The translations under genes and the position numbers were made by a program. This document shows, piece by piece, positions 39,681-52,500 of a stretch of 64,000 bases of DNA. How positions within the stretch are numbered: the first letter of the stretch is position 1; the number at the start of each line of letters is the position of its first letter. A model generated the notes under the pieces. That model was given only the letters and a program-made list of their open reading frames with translations. It was not told the DNA's origin and did no database searches. The stretch comes from Octopus vulgaris (lineage: Eukaryota), in contig OX597815.1 of assembly GCA_951406725.2 (NCBI GenBank), positions 178,436,001 to 178,500,000 of the forward strand, written 5' to 3'.

Positions 39681-41088
39681 GTGTGCATTATTTTATGTTA
39701 ATACGTATGTACTGTCATGAAAAATGTGTATATTTCACATTTCTATCTCGTTCTCTGCTTCCTACGGCGTCTGCGTGTTCTCATTCCCTCCAATGGATTC
39801 GTGCATGACGCCATGTGCATGCGAATATTATTTTCGCGCTTTCAAACAAACTTTAGTAAATCTCGGCTTTTTTAATGAACTTCCAATGTCTCCTTTGCCG
39901 TGTTTATTCTTGTCTTGGAAAAGAAACTGAACGTTTATTTAAAATTTTACCTTAAATTTCCACATATTTTTTTGCAGCTAAAATGTCACAACTTTTGTAA
40001 GCGAATGAATTATGGAAAAATATGTTGTTTTTTATAATTTCATCCTTTTTCTTTATTGAAAATACATGAAATAAATTCTTGTCATAAACCTTCCAAAAAC
40101 GTAACGTGCTTGCAAAACATTTTTTTTTTTAATGAATCAGGAATCTATATTTGTGGGTTTCTGCATTTCATTTCTGTTGCGTTAAAGAAATGGAAGATAA
40201 AACTTCTCTTCTTTATGACTGTTGCCTTCCTCAGAATAGACACACTAGGACGACAAAGGGGTTTCTGTGTAAAACGCAAACACAATACAAACGGGAGTAC
40301 ACAAGTTTAATCCCCTCGTCAATTGTCGAAGATAAATCACAAGCATTTCGATCCTATCATAATATTGTCCAATCCATCAACGTCTGAGGCATATTTCAGT
40401 AGTCGTCGTATAATCGAATGCACGCGCAAATTTCAGACAGAAGATATTTGTTTACGAGATTCCTAACCGGAACTCTACAAAACAATCAAAGTTTATAATG
40501 ATCAATATCATATCTATCGCTTTTAAAATGTTTTGGCAGATTTAAACGCCAATATCTGATGGCTGTCGTTACTCACTCTCTCGAAAAACATCGTTTTACC
40601 CTAAATCTGTATCCATAACACATGTGATACCCCGGTGTGAGGAGAATTCCAGACTCTCTACTGTTCCGACCTTATAAAGCATCTCTTCTATCGGCGCTAA
40701 CTTGGACCCATGATTCTCACAAGGACATGAGCTGTTATTTGTGGAAATCATTGGATAAGCTATTTGCTGATGCGTGCAGTTATCTGCCAAACATAGTAAT
40801 TCATGGAATGCACAGAGAACGGCGAGAATCCAAACCAATGACGACAAGCACAGCGATCAGATATGCACATAGGAATCTACCGGAACGTTATTTAAGAATT
40901 GAATAGACACGTAATTGTTTGGATCCTTCGCTATTCTGAAAGCATAGCATTAGTTAACATCATGATCTTTCAAGCGAAAAGTCAAGAAAATATCTTAAAA
41001 TATTCTGCAAAAGGCAGAAAATCTTAGAAGAAACTAACAACGAAAATACATATACATATATATATACATACACACACATACATATGTG

Positions 41089-41165
<77 letters not shown>

Positions 41166-41744
41166 ATGTATGTATGTATGTATGTATGTATGAGAAAATT
41201 TTACGAATAACCGAAAAAGTGCGAAACGAAAACTCGATGACAGAAGTTAATAAGAGATGTTTTGCCGTCATTTAGATAACAATAAACCGAAAGAGAGAAA
41301 CCACGTAACTGCTGAAAAGAACAAGGGAAGAACCAGAGAAGAAAGGCGTATGGAATAACACAAGTTCTTATGGATTCATTATGCAAGGTTGGCTCAACCC
41401 ATCGGAAGAACGGGGTCATATACATACGGCATTATGAGTCTTTGTTTTGAAAGGAACGATTTTACGACATAAGCCATGGTTCACCCGAAACGGCTGTCGA
41501 GATATGGCTAATGCAGAACCCCTTTTGTTTCTTTTTATCCTATAGTCTGTGCTGTGTTTAGTATTCCATGTAAATTCACTTATTGAGCCTTCTTGTATTT
41601 TCTGCCTTTCTGTTACCATGCACACACGAGGAAGCTCATTCTCATTAGCTGACTTGCTACACTCATGGCACCTGATTTGAGGAAAGGATTTTGGATTTAA
41701 GTTCTCATTTATATGAATGCTACTTCGTAAATACCCACATTTCG

Positions 41745-41960
41745 AGGCGGCAAGCTAGCAGAAACGTTAGCAAGCCGGGCGAAATGCTTAGCGGTATTTT
41801 TTGTGTCTTCACGTTCTAAGTTCAAATTCAGCCGAGGTCGACTTTGCCTTTCATCCTTTCGAGGTCGATAAATTAAGTACCAGTTGTGTACTGGAGATGA
41901 TCCAATCGACTGGCCCCCTCCTCCAAAATTTCAGGCCTTTTGCCTATAGTAGAAAAGAAT
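41745..41960 (+). mobile_element. SINE family 1, standard tail
   Basis: Collinear with 9296-9514. Confidence 0.9.
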
Positions 41961-42419
41961 AAAAAATGATGCACCTAGTTAGTGACTTTAAAGATAGGTT
42001 ATATTTTATGGAAATCCACAGTGAGATTCATAAACGCTGAAGTGAAAAACAAAATATAGAAATGGTGTTATACTTTCTATAATTAAAATGTTCGCTGCAA
42101 AGTGTGTAGGATTTTCCTAAAGCATATAGATAAGCATGATTCCAAAAGCTATAGATACCATATTATATTGATTGCTTCATTAAAAATATAGTGTTAAGGT
42201 TGAGTTGCTATTAAACCAAAAGGTTCGCTGTGTTAGTATTAACGAGACGAAACCTTTCCAGTACTAACACGCAAAACTTTCCCTCCGTATAAAAGTGCAA
42301 TGCTAATCCAGTTCCTCAACTCCCTTAACGGTATATGTCATTTTCAAAGCATTCGTTTATCGATTCATTTGAAGATAACAGTGACACATGAATCTATGTA
42401 GCCCTTAATGTAAATTCCA

Positions 42420-42945
42420 TTTTAAAATATTCCTTGCAAGATGTGTATACATTCGGAAAGACGCCTTACAAATTCCCTGTCCAGATATCTCTGCAGTTTA
42501 AATGAAGACAATGTTGACAAATTCAAAACCGTTTGGTCTCTGATAGAATGCGCGTGCTTCGGCATTAATGTTCTCAATGTGTGATATCTGTCGGAAACAA
42601 GCTTCTGCAGTTGTGAACACATGACCGGAACTGGTTAATTCTTGCTCTTATAGTCATCGCTATTGAGGAATGAATTTCCAATTACAAATTGGTTTAGTCT
42701 ATTTCGAGTCTAAAAATTTGCCATAACCTTGAAAATAGCTACATAAATGTACAAAAAGTTTCGGATGAAGATACCATGAGTTCTTATAATATTTGAATAT
42801 TTGATACATTTCCTGACATTCTTTTTGGAAACCAGTCAAAAGCTGTTGCAGTAGATTGGAAATAAATTTTATCAACTTGAAACGATAAAAATCAACATCG
42901 AGCATGGCGGCCTTTTCAATCAAACCCACAAATACCCTCATCTAA
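42420..42945 (-). pseudogene. Possible degenerate DNA-transposase (hAT-like) C-terminal remnant
   Basis: Fragments such as TTAEACFRQ and TLMPKHAHSIRDQTVLNLSTLS are weakly reminiscent of the hAT dimerisation region. Coding-like composition with frameshifts. Confidence 0.28.
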
Positions 42946-43206
42946 ATACTTCTAATTTGTTTGTCTTTGCTCAAATCATTCTAACGGATGTATATATCAC
43001 ATATTCGCTATTAAACAACGCGAAGTCTCAAAATAAAGTACACCTACATTGAAAACTAATAACCATCATAAATCAGTTCCTTTGTAAAAGTTTATCATAT
43101 TCCGAACTCATTAAATATGTAAAATTCAGAAAATTAGAACTAAGACTACAGATATATACACGTGTGTGTATGTGTGTGTGATTACGTGTGTGAGTGTGCA
43201 TGAGTT

Positions 43207-43265
<59 letters not shown>

Positions 43266-43355
43266 TAATGAGGGTAGAAATTTATATCAATTAATATCAA
43301 TTTAAACCAGTGGTCTAGCATATTTTAAAATATCCGAAGATTTAAAAATTATATT

Positions 43356-43566
43356 ACAATTAGTAAGAGGAATGACCACTAAAATGGATTCTTAATAAGC
43401 TAAAGATAGACGTTAAATCGCCTTACCACGAAGAGTGTGTTCTGAAGGAAAATCTGGCGTTTTGCTGAGATTTTCTTGAGAACATACTTTTCGCGGAAAG
43501 GCGATTTGACGTCTATCTTTAGCATATTAGGAATCCACTTTAGTGGTCAATCTTCTTATTAATTGT
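43356..43566. repeat. About 210-bp imperfect palindrome (long hairpin)
   Basis: ACAATTAGTAAGAGGAATGACCACTAAA...ATCTGGC / GCTGAGAT...TTTAGTGGTCAATCTTCTTATTAATTGT, with a loop near 43460. Confidence 0.93.
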
Positions 43567-43571
43567 GTATG

Positions 43572-43604
<33 letters not shown>

Positions 43605-44241
43605 AATGTATGTGTGTATATGTATGCATGCCAGTATGCGTGCGTTCTTGTTTGTGTGTGTGTATGTGTGTGTGTGTGTGTGTGCGCGAGAGAGAGAGGG
43701 TCAGCGTGCGAATGTGTGAGCAAATACGGCAGAATAAATTCCTATCCAAGTTCGACCCCTGATGTCACTTCTTAATATAAATTTTCGCGTCTTTTGAGAT
43801 TATTCTTCATATCTGGCCTTGACCAAAATTATTTTCCCATTAATCTGTATAAATTAGCATCTTTTGAAATCCCGCTGTTTTTGAAATCCCGCTTTATCCT
43901 AGGCGCTGAATAATCCATTTTATCCCTAGGTATACAAACTAATCCACCACATTTAGCCGTATATTCTTAACATAAGTGTTAGGTGAACGATATGGTCTCC
44001 CAGATTTTGGGTGATACATAACTACTGGTCTCTTAAATGCTTGTAGTCGTTAATCCAGATTTGTCACTTATTGCGGGCAAACAGTCCGTTTGTCTTGTAC
44101 CTGAAACTCGGCTTTAGTGTAAAGTAAGTCACAGCTATTTGTATTGAGCAAGTCTAAATCCATTTCTTTAAATGTAACATTGCTAACGAGGAGTATTTCG
44201 GATTATAATTGCGCGAAATATTCTAACCTGGTCAGAGAATT

Positions 44242-44826
44242 AGTCGATTACTTCAACCTCAGCGTCTCACTGGTACTTAACTCATCGACCCCGAAAGGAT
44301 GAAAGGAAAAGTCGACCTCAGCAGAATTTGAACTCAGAACGTAGGGATGGGTGAAATAATGCTGAGCATTTCGTCCGGCGTGTTAACGATTCTGCCAGCT
44401 TCCCGCCTTAATAATAATAATCATTATTATTATTTCTAATTTTTGCCACAAGAGCAGCTTGGGGAAGGTGAGGATGAGTCGATTGCATCGACCCCAGTGG
44501 TCAACTGGTACTTATTTTACCGACTCCGAAAGGATGAAAGGCAAATTCTACCTCGGCGGAATTTTGAACTCAGAACATGAAGACGGACGAAATTTCTACT
44601 TCTTTACTACCCACACGCGGCTAACACAGAGGGGACAAACAAGGACAGACAAACGGATTGAGCCGATTGCATCGACCCCAGTGTGTAACTGGTACTAAAT
44701 TTTATCGACCCCGAAAGGATGAAAGGCAAAGTCGACCTCGGCGGAATTCGAACTCAGAACGTAACGTAACGGCAGACGAAATACGGCTACGCATTTTGCC
44801 CGGCGTGCTAACGATTCTGCTAGCTT
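44242..44826 (-). mobile_element. SINE family 1 cluster: single copy 44242-44409 plus a dimer at about 44430-44826
   Basis: Dimer junction AAAGAAGTA|GAAATTTCGTCC at 44597/44596, the same internal position as the other dimers. Confidence 0.85.
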
Positions 44827-44828
44827 CC

Positions 44829-44965
44829 GACCCAGGAAATTATTCTTTGCAAGCTTAGTACTTATTCTATCGGTTTCTTTTATCGAACCGCCAAGTTACA
44901 GGGACGTAGACACACCAACATCGGTTGTCAAGCAATGTTGGGGAGACAAACACAGACACACAAAC
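44829..44965 (-). mobile_element. SINE family 2, 3'-part fragment
   Basis: TTATTCTTTG.AAGC.TAGTACTTATTCTATCGGT...CATCGGTTGTCAAGCAATG. Confidence 0.8.
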
Positions 44966-45540
44966 AAACGTGCACCCCTGATGTCCTAGTAAGAAGTGAA
45001 TCGGAGCAGTCTTTGAAAGGTCGTTTGTCTGCGAGGAAGCACGTGTTGACAAGTTTGACGCTGTTGTGTTCGGTGTTCTGCGTGATTATGGCAACAAGCT
45101 CCAGTAACTTCGCTTCTATTATGGAAACATTGAAAACAGAGGAGGATATTTCTTTTTAACTAAAACCGAAAGTTAAATATTTATTTTTTAAGCATATTTT
45201 GCTCACTCTTATTTTCATATATAACATATAAACATGTACATCTTTTGGAACATTGTCATTTTATAAGATTTTGCTGGCAAATTTTTATACATTTATTTAC
45301 ATGAATGAAAATTACCGGAGAACTTTCATCTAATTCTTTCAAATCTTTTTGTTAAAAATTGTGTTTATCACATGCAGCGTGTTGTTTATGGCATTTGCAT
45401 TAAATGCATATTGAATGCTTAAATGTTTGTTTGCTCGTTTCATTTTCTCAATGAGCATTGAAGTGCTTGTGCTAAAAATAACAGCTAAATAAGACATTTT
45501 GAATAAATCTTTTAAATTAACATATATAAATTAAGATATA

Positions 45541-45943
45541 TAGGCGCAGGAGTGGCTGTGTGGTAAGTAGCTTGCTTACCAACCACATGGTTCCGGGTTC
45601 AGTCCCACTGCGTGGCACTTCGGGCAAGTGTCTTCTACTATAGCCTCGGGCCGACCAAAGCCTTGTGAGTGGGTTTAGTAGACAGAAACTGAAAGAAGCG
45701 CGTCGTATATATGTATATATATGTATGTATGTGTATATGTTTGTGTGTCAGTGTTTGTCCCCCGCAACATCGCTTGACAACCGATGCTGGTGTGTTCATG
45801 TCTCCGTAACTTAGCGGTTCGGCAAAAGAGACCGATAGAATAAGTACTAGGCTTACAAAGAATAAGTCCCGGGGTCAATTTGCTCGACTAAAGGCGGTGC
45901 TCCAGCATGGCCGCAGTCAAATGACTGAAACAAATAAAAGAGT
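45541..45943 (+). mobile_element. SINE family 2, full length
   Basis: tRNA-like head AGGCGCAGGAGTGGCTGTGTGGTAAG...GGGTTCAGTCCC, CORE-like segment, internal (TA)/(TG) tract, tail AAAAGAGT. Confidence 0.93.
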
Positions 45944-46177
45944 ATTTACATGAAATAAAATTACAGGAGACATAACACGTGTTGGTTACAGATATTGACA
46001 ACACGTCCTATTTTCAGGATGTTGACGACAAAAGGAGCAGTCATGCACAAAATGACAGCTTCCAAATCCTGTTTCCTGACTGGGTGAAAATGATCAACCT
46101 TTAAACCTCTATAACTTTTTTAAAACATTTGGATTTTTAAAACATTTCTAGTTAACTAAACACTTTTAAACTTCGTA

Positions 46178-46655
46178 TACTGGTAGAATGTGTTTATAAA
46201 ACATCATTTTCTCTTGGTTTTATTGAGAAAATTCTATAGTTTGTAAGATATTTCGTCTGAAAATCCGAGCATTTCGGCAATTTTAACCAATCGATTACCT
46301 CCATTCAACTAAAATCATTTGCTGCGTCTAAAACTGAGACAACATCCTGTAACTAACCCTAAACCTCCCTCCTAACCCTAACCCTAATTTTTTTCTTAAT
46401 TGTTAAATTAATTGAATTCCATTGCTTTAGTTTTTTTTACACGCGTAACAATTAAATTAATTTAACAAGAAAAAAAATTTAGGGTTAGGGTTAGGGGGAG
46501 GTTTAGGGTTAGTTACAGGATGTTGTCTCAGTTTTAGACGCAGCAAATGATTTTAGCTCAAAAGAGAGCATAGGATTCGTTAAAATTCAAAAAATTAAAC
46601 TACCTTAAACAAAGCCAAGAGAAAAAATGTTTTATTTTGACACATTCTACCAGTA
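46178..46655. mobile_element. Foldback/MITE-like element with telomeric (CCCTAA/TTAGGG) repeats in its arms
   Basis: Outer arms TACTGGTAGAATGTGT...TTTTCTCTTGG / CCAAGAGAAAA...ACACATTCTACCAGTA. Near-perfect inner arms at 46309-46413 and 46453-46556. Confidence 0.85.
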
Positions 46656-46994
46656 GAAATTGTCTGCCGTTTAAAAGAAAAAAGATCAAAACATTTTTCT
46701 GGAAAAAATGAAATAAGGAAATAACTCTTGCAATGAAGTTGGGGCAACTGTATTATTGTGTCAAATATAAAAATTTTTGGTATATCTTTGAAATGCTGGC
46801 AGCCAAACCGATAAGATCCCTGCAATTTTCGGTGAGAATTTTACTTGTCTTTTCTCCCTGACTACTCGAATATATAAATATAACTTTCATTGCAACACCA
46901 CAATTAAATGCGCGATAAAAATTAAGGAGGTAAACACCTGCCAATATATACAAACTGCACAATTACGTAAACTGTAAACTCCCTTTTTCACATT

Positions 46995-47573
46995 TCATTG
47001 CCTTCTCTTTATGTTCACTTTCCCTCCTCTTTTCACTTCACTGTGTCCCTGTCATTTTTCTCGCCCCTCCTTATTTCTTCTGTCCCTCTGCCTCTACCTC
47101 TCTCTCTTCTCTTCCCACGTGACCGGTGTTCGGCCAAGCCTGATCTTTCTTTCTTGGTTCGGCCGCTGTCCGTGCAACATCTATATTCTTCATTGTGTCT
47201 GTGAAATCTTGTATCCCTGCCGTAAGGCTTTACTTCCACACACGCCAGCTTAATTCAATTCGTCCTTAGTCGAAAGACACCTGTTGTTATTTCCTGTTAT
47301 TTGTATTTGTGTAACCTTCTCCGTTTTTTTTTTTGTCCTTGTTCGCTGCTTTCTTCCAAGGAATCTAATGCTCTTAGCTTAGTTTTTCCTTGGGGCTGGC
47401 CAGATTGGAACAATTTCGAGTATAACCAGCCGAAATTGCAAAGACAATCTGGAACTCGATTGAGGAAAGAAAACTCCGAATGAGCTGTCCTTGTTTCCTT
47501 TGTATCGTCCATCTGGATGTTTTGTTGTCCCTTTCTTGTATTAACCTGTCTGGATGTTTTGCGTTCTTGCCCC

Positions 47574-47576
<3 letters not shown>
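46995..47576 (+). repeat. Probable interspersed repeat (pseudo-LTR-like, pyrimidine-rich) with an internal double-stem hairpin
   Basis: Strong C/T strand bias, ends in (TA)n, stems CCAGATTG/CAATCTGG and CAATTTCG/CGAAATTG. Only one copy in this window. Confidence 0.45.
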
Positions 47577-47612
<36 letters not shown>

Positions 47613-47619
47613 ATATAAG

Positions 47620-47938
47620 AGCATTCTGTCAGTTACGACAACGAGAGTCCCAGCTGATACGATCAACGGAACAGTTTGCTTGTGAAATTAACGTGCAAGT
47701 GGCTGAATACTCCACAGACGCGTATACCCTTAACATAGTTCTCAGAGAGATTCAGCATGACACAGAATGTGACAAGGCTGGCCCTTTAAAATACAGGTAC
47801 AACTCATTTTTGTCAGCTGAGTGGACTAGAGCAACGTGAAATAAAGTGTATTGCTCAAGGACACAGCACGTCGCCGGGAATTGAACTCACGACCTTACGA
47901 CAGTGTGCCAAATGCCCTAACTACTAATCCGTGTGCCC
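47620..47938 (-). mobile_element. SINE family 4 (tRNA head, GTGTCCTTGAGCAA.ACACTT CORE-like segment)
   Basis: A-box-like GGATTAGTAGTTAGG and B box GAGTTCAATTCC. A degenerate relative lies at about 24163-24320 (+). Confidence 0.8.
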
Positions 47939-48019
47939 TCACTATGTGTTTATATATATATATATAGATGTGGGTATGTACATGTATGTATGTATATATG
48001 CATATGTTTATATATTATT

Positions 48020-48080
<61 letters not shown>

Positions 48081-48129
48081 CATTATTATTATATATACAT
48101 ATATATATATATCAAAATATTTTTCAAAA

Positions 48130-48340
48130 TGTGACCGCGTGTGTACCGTTGGCGATTTTTTCCCTCCATCTTCCCTTCTTTGTATCTTTCCATTTCCTAT
48201 GTTTCTGACGAAGAGCTCCGCTCGAAACGTTAAACCCTCCTTCTTTCCTTCTTTCCTGAGCGTCCAGTAATACTATACTTGTTGCACTTTCTCGCGTTGT
48301 TGTGTTTTCTCTTTGTGTTTTCAGGTTTGGATTAACTTCA
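48130..48340 (+). mobile_element. About 200-bp hammerhead-bearing repeat, copy 3
   Basis: Homologous to 15867-16050 and 33381-33580. Confidence 0.8.
48201..48235 (+). ncRNA. Minimal type I hammerhead motif (best-preserved copy)
   Basis: gttt-CTGACGA-a-gagc-tcc-gctc-GAAA-cg-TT-aaac, with palindromic AACGTT at stem III. Confidence 0.8.
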
Positions 48341-48754
48341 TATATATATATATACACATATATATAGCATGCATGTGTGTGTTCTTATGACTGAAAGTTA
48401 GATGACTAAGATGAGGTCAGTTTTAAATTTGTTATAATGCAGATAATTCGAACGCTTATTCATTGAAATTCCCTGCAGATCTGAGTTCCTCTAACTTTAA
48501 GGCAAAACGAAAATTAATTGCATGAAGAGGAGTTATACGAGATATTCATCTAAGACGTGCAGCTCTAAAGACTCATCTCACATCTATAAGGTTTAACTCA
48601 TTTTACAACAAATTTAACACATTGAATGAGATATTATATACCGATAACACACTGTATACTGTCTTTAGATCTTATCAATTATTGATAGGTTCGTGTGATC
48701 GTGCAAGGTTATGCTACTCTACTTAGCGCTCCATTAGTAGCCGCTTGTATGCTT

Positions 48755-49044
<290 letters not shown>

Positions 49045-49298
49045 ACAGGCAGACAGATATGACACTAATAAAGAAAATGAATATCAGTCTCAATTGATAC
49101 TTGAATTTATTCAATTTTAATAGTTTTTTTTCCATAATTTGCAAGCAAAATAAAAGTAATTAAATTTGAAGGAAGATAGACGAAAATAAGAATCATTTAA
49201 TTCTATTTGGCAAGTATGTTTGAGGACGATTACTGAATGATCCAATTTATTCTATTTACTTCTGAAAAACATTATTTACTTTATCTTGGAGCAGGTTC

Positions 49299-49343
<45 letters not shown>

Positions 49344-49586
49344 TCTCATTTCTCCTTCTCTCTCATTCCCGTGTCTATCTATTTAAAGATACAAATGTTT
49401 CTTGCGTTTCAACGTACTTATCTTTAATTCCCTCTACGGAGGCAGATATGGATGTAGATTGAAAAGAGGATGCAGTTAGGTGCATATATACATATACATG
49501 TAGATGCGTATATATAGATATATATATATATACAATATATTTAACAATACACACATTTTCACACGCGCACAGACATATGTATATAG

Positions 49587-49685
<99 letters not shown>

Positions 49686-50434
49686 CGTATCTATCAATAT
49701 ATATATATATTGAAAGGCACAAAATTCAAGTGCAGTAAAGATCCTTTATAAGTATGCTTTTACCAAGATGCTTATTAATGAATAACATGGCGTTCTTTCC
49801 AGTTCCAAAAGGCGATTCTAATTGCCTTATTCACAGAAAAATATTCCACACGAGGAGTGGGATTCAAATTTATTGTATAAACAAAATCGAGTGAAATCTA
49901 CATTTTGTAAATTATAACACAACTTTAATGAGAAATAATGAAGATTTTCAGATTCTGGTAAAAGTTTAACGAAGAATGAAGAATTCTATACAAAAAAATG
50001 TTCATAAAGCTATCACTTTAACTCTTTTTCTCCATATATGTTATTCTCGAGTAGAGTCAGCGTAACACAATTGTGACAAGGCTAGATCGACGTTGGACCA
50101 GACGAGATTCAACAGTTGAAATCTATACAACTCTAGTCCTTCTGCCATATTTCTCTTTACACGAATATATATTATTTAGACGGACGCAATACTTACATTC
50201 ACATACACACACACACACACACACACACATGTATATATAATAACTGTATATAATATATATCATAATGGTATTTATTCTCCGATTTGAAGCGACAATCTTT
50301 AAATATAACCAAATGAACGAAAAATGATGAGCTAACCTCAGGCTGAGTCGAACTCACAAACTATAATAGATTTCTCTCCGTAACTTGCAAAGCCTTTCGG
50401 GTTTGTTTATAAAAATATTATATATATATATATA

Positions 50435-50874
<440 letters not shown>

Positions 50875-50900
50875 CATATATATATATACATATATATATC

Positions 50901-50931
<31 letters not shown>

Positions 50932-50944
50932 CATATATATATAT

Positions 50945-50981
<37 letters not shown>

Positions 50982-51486
50982 GCATATATCCATATTTGTT
51001 TTATACATACATGTATATATGCATGCGTGTGTGCGTATGAGTGCATGTATATCCATGTATATATACATGCACACACAAGTATGTGAGAAAACATAACAGG
51101 AAAACATCATCGTTGATATTTCAGTAGACCCATTTCCGACATTGTTGTTTTCGTCAACACAAAACTTCAGAAGCCATCTGCAACGATTGCATCATCTCAT
51201 CAGGAGAATAAAAATTATGACGAGTAATGTGGGTTATTAGTATTTGCAGTTTAACAGAAGGGTTAGTAGTCGAATGAAGCAGTTCGAAACATAGCACATT
51301 TACTCAACGCGCCAAGTTTCAAGGATTTTTAGATCGCATAGCAACCGTTTCCACATTTAGAGTTAGTTGTGTTAGAAAGAACTGGAAACGAAAGAAAACA
51401 GAAATCCGTTGTAATCCACTCTTTCGTCACTGATTAAAACTCTTGTACCGAAGCAAAAAAAGCTTTCAGTTTTTCCATCAAACACC

Positions 51487-51719
51487 TATTTCTTGACTAC
51501 CCACAAGGGACTAAACACAGAGGGGACAAACAAGGACAGGCAAACGGGTTAAGTCGATCACATCGACTCCAGTGCATAACTGGTACTTATTTAAACGACC
51601 CAGAAAGGATGAAAGGTAAAGTCGACCTCGACGGAATTTGAACTCAGAACGTGACGGCAGACGAAATATGGCTACGCATTTCGCCCGTCGTGCTAACGTT
51701 TCTGCCAGCTCGCCGCCTT
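51487..51719 (-). mobile_element. SINE family 1, alternative-tail copy at a non-SINE site
   Basis: Full head to GTAGTCAAGAAATA tail. Imperfect flanking duplication TTCCATCAAACACC / TTCCATTAAATAACC. Confidence 0.9.
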
Positions 51720-52289
51720 TCCATTAAATAACCACCAGATTTTCAATGTACACACTGTAGACTTTTCTTATTCTGCATGTCATAACCTGGGCGATAATGT
51801 AACAGTATCCTGTCGTTGGAAATTCAAGTGGGATAATAAAACTGGTCGTATGACCTTGAATACTAGACTAATTTAGAGAAAATAAGGAGGACAACAAATC
51901 CATATCATTGGTTGCGAATTGTACAGAGAAAACTGAATTGTACAGAAAAAAACCCCAGTCCACTACTTTAGGGGTTTTGAACAATGAGTGCTACTGCGGA
52001 ATAGAAGAAGAAACTTCGTATAGACTGTAAAAAAGGTTTTATTCAAATGATTCGGGAAAACTGGCTCCTCACTTTCCGAAAGTTTTTCACTGAAGTTGTT
52101 TCAATCTCCAGTTTTAGATAATAGATGAAGGAAGTAAAATAGAAGTTTAGCCAAGAACGTGGATTACTCTGTTCATTGCAAGTGGACAGCTTAATTTTTA
52201 TATTTCTTGTTGTTAATTACTTTTTATCGTACTTTAATTATTGAGTGTGAATATTTGTAATTTTTTTGTTTTTGATATTTGTCTAATTA

Positions 52290-52500
52290 GCGCGGTGAAC
52301 CGGCCGAATCGTTAGCGCACCGGGCAAAATGCTTAGCGGTATTTCGTCTGTCTTTACGTTCTGAGTTCAAATTTAGCTGTCGGCTTTGCCTTTCATCATT
52401 CGGGATCGATGAATTAAATACCAGTCGAGCGCTGGGGTCAATGTGATCGACTTAACCCTTCCCCTGAAACTGCTGGCCTGGTTCCAAAATTGGAAACCAA
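52290..52500 (+). mobile_element. SINE family 1, older copy
   Basis: Head and core homology, tail CCCTTCCCCTGAAACTGCTGGCC. Confidence 0.82.
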
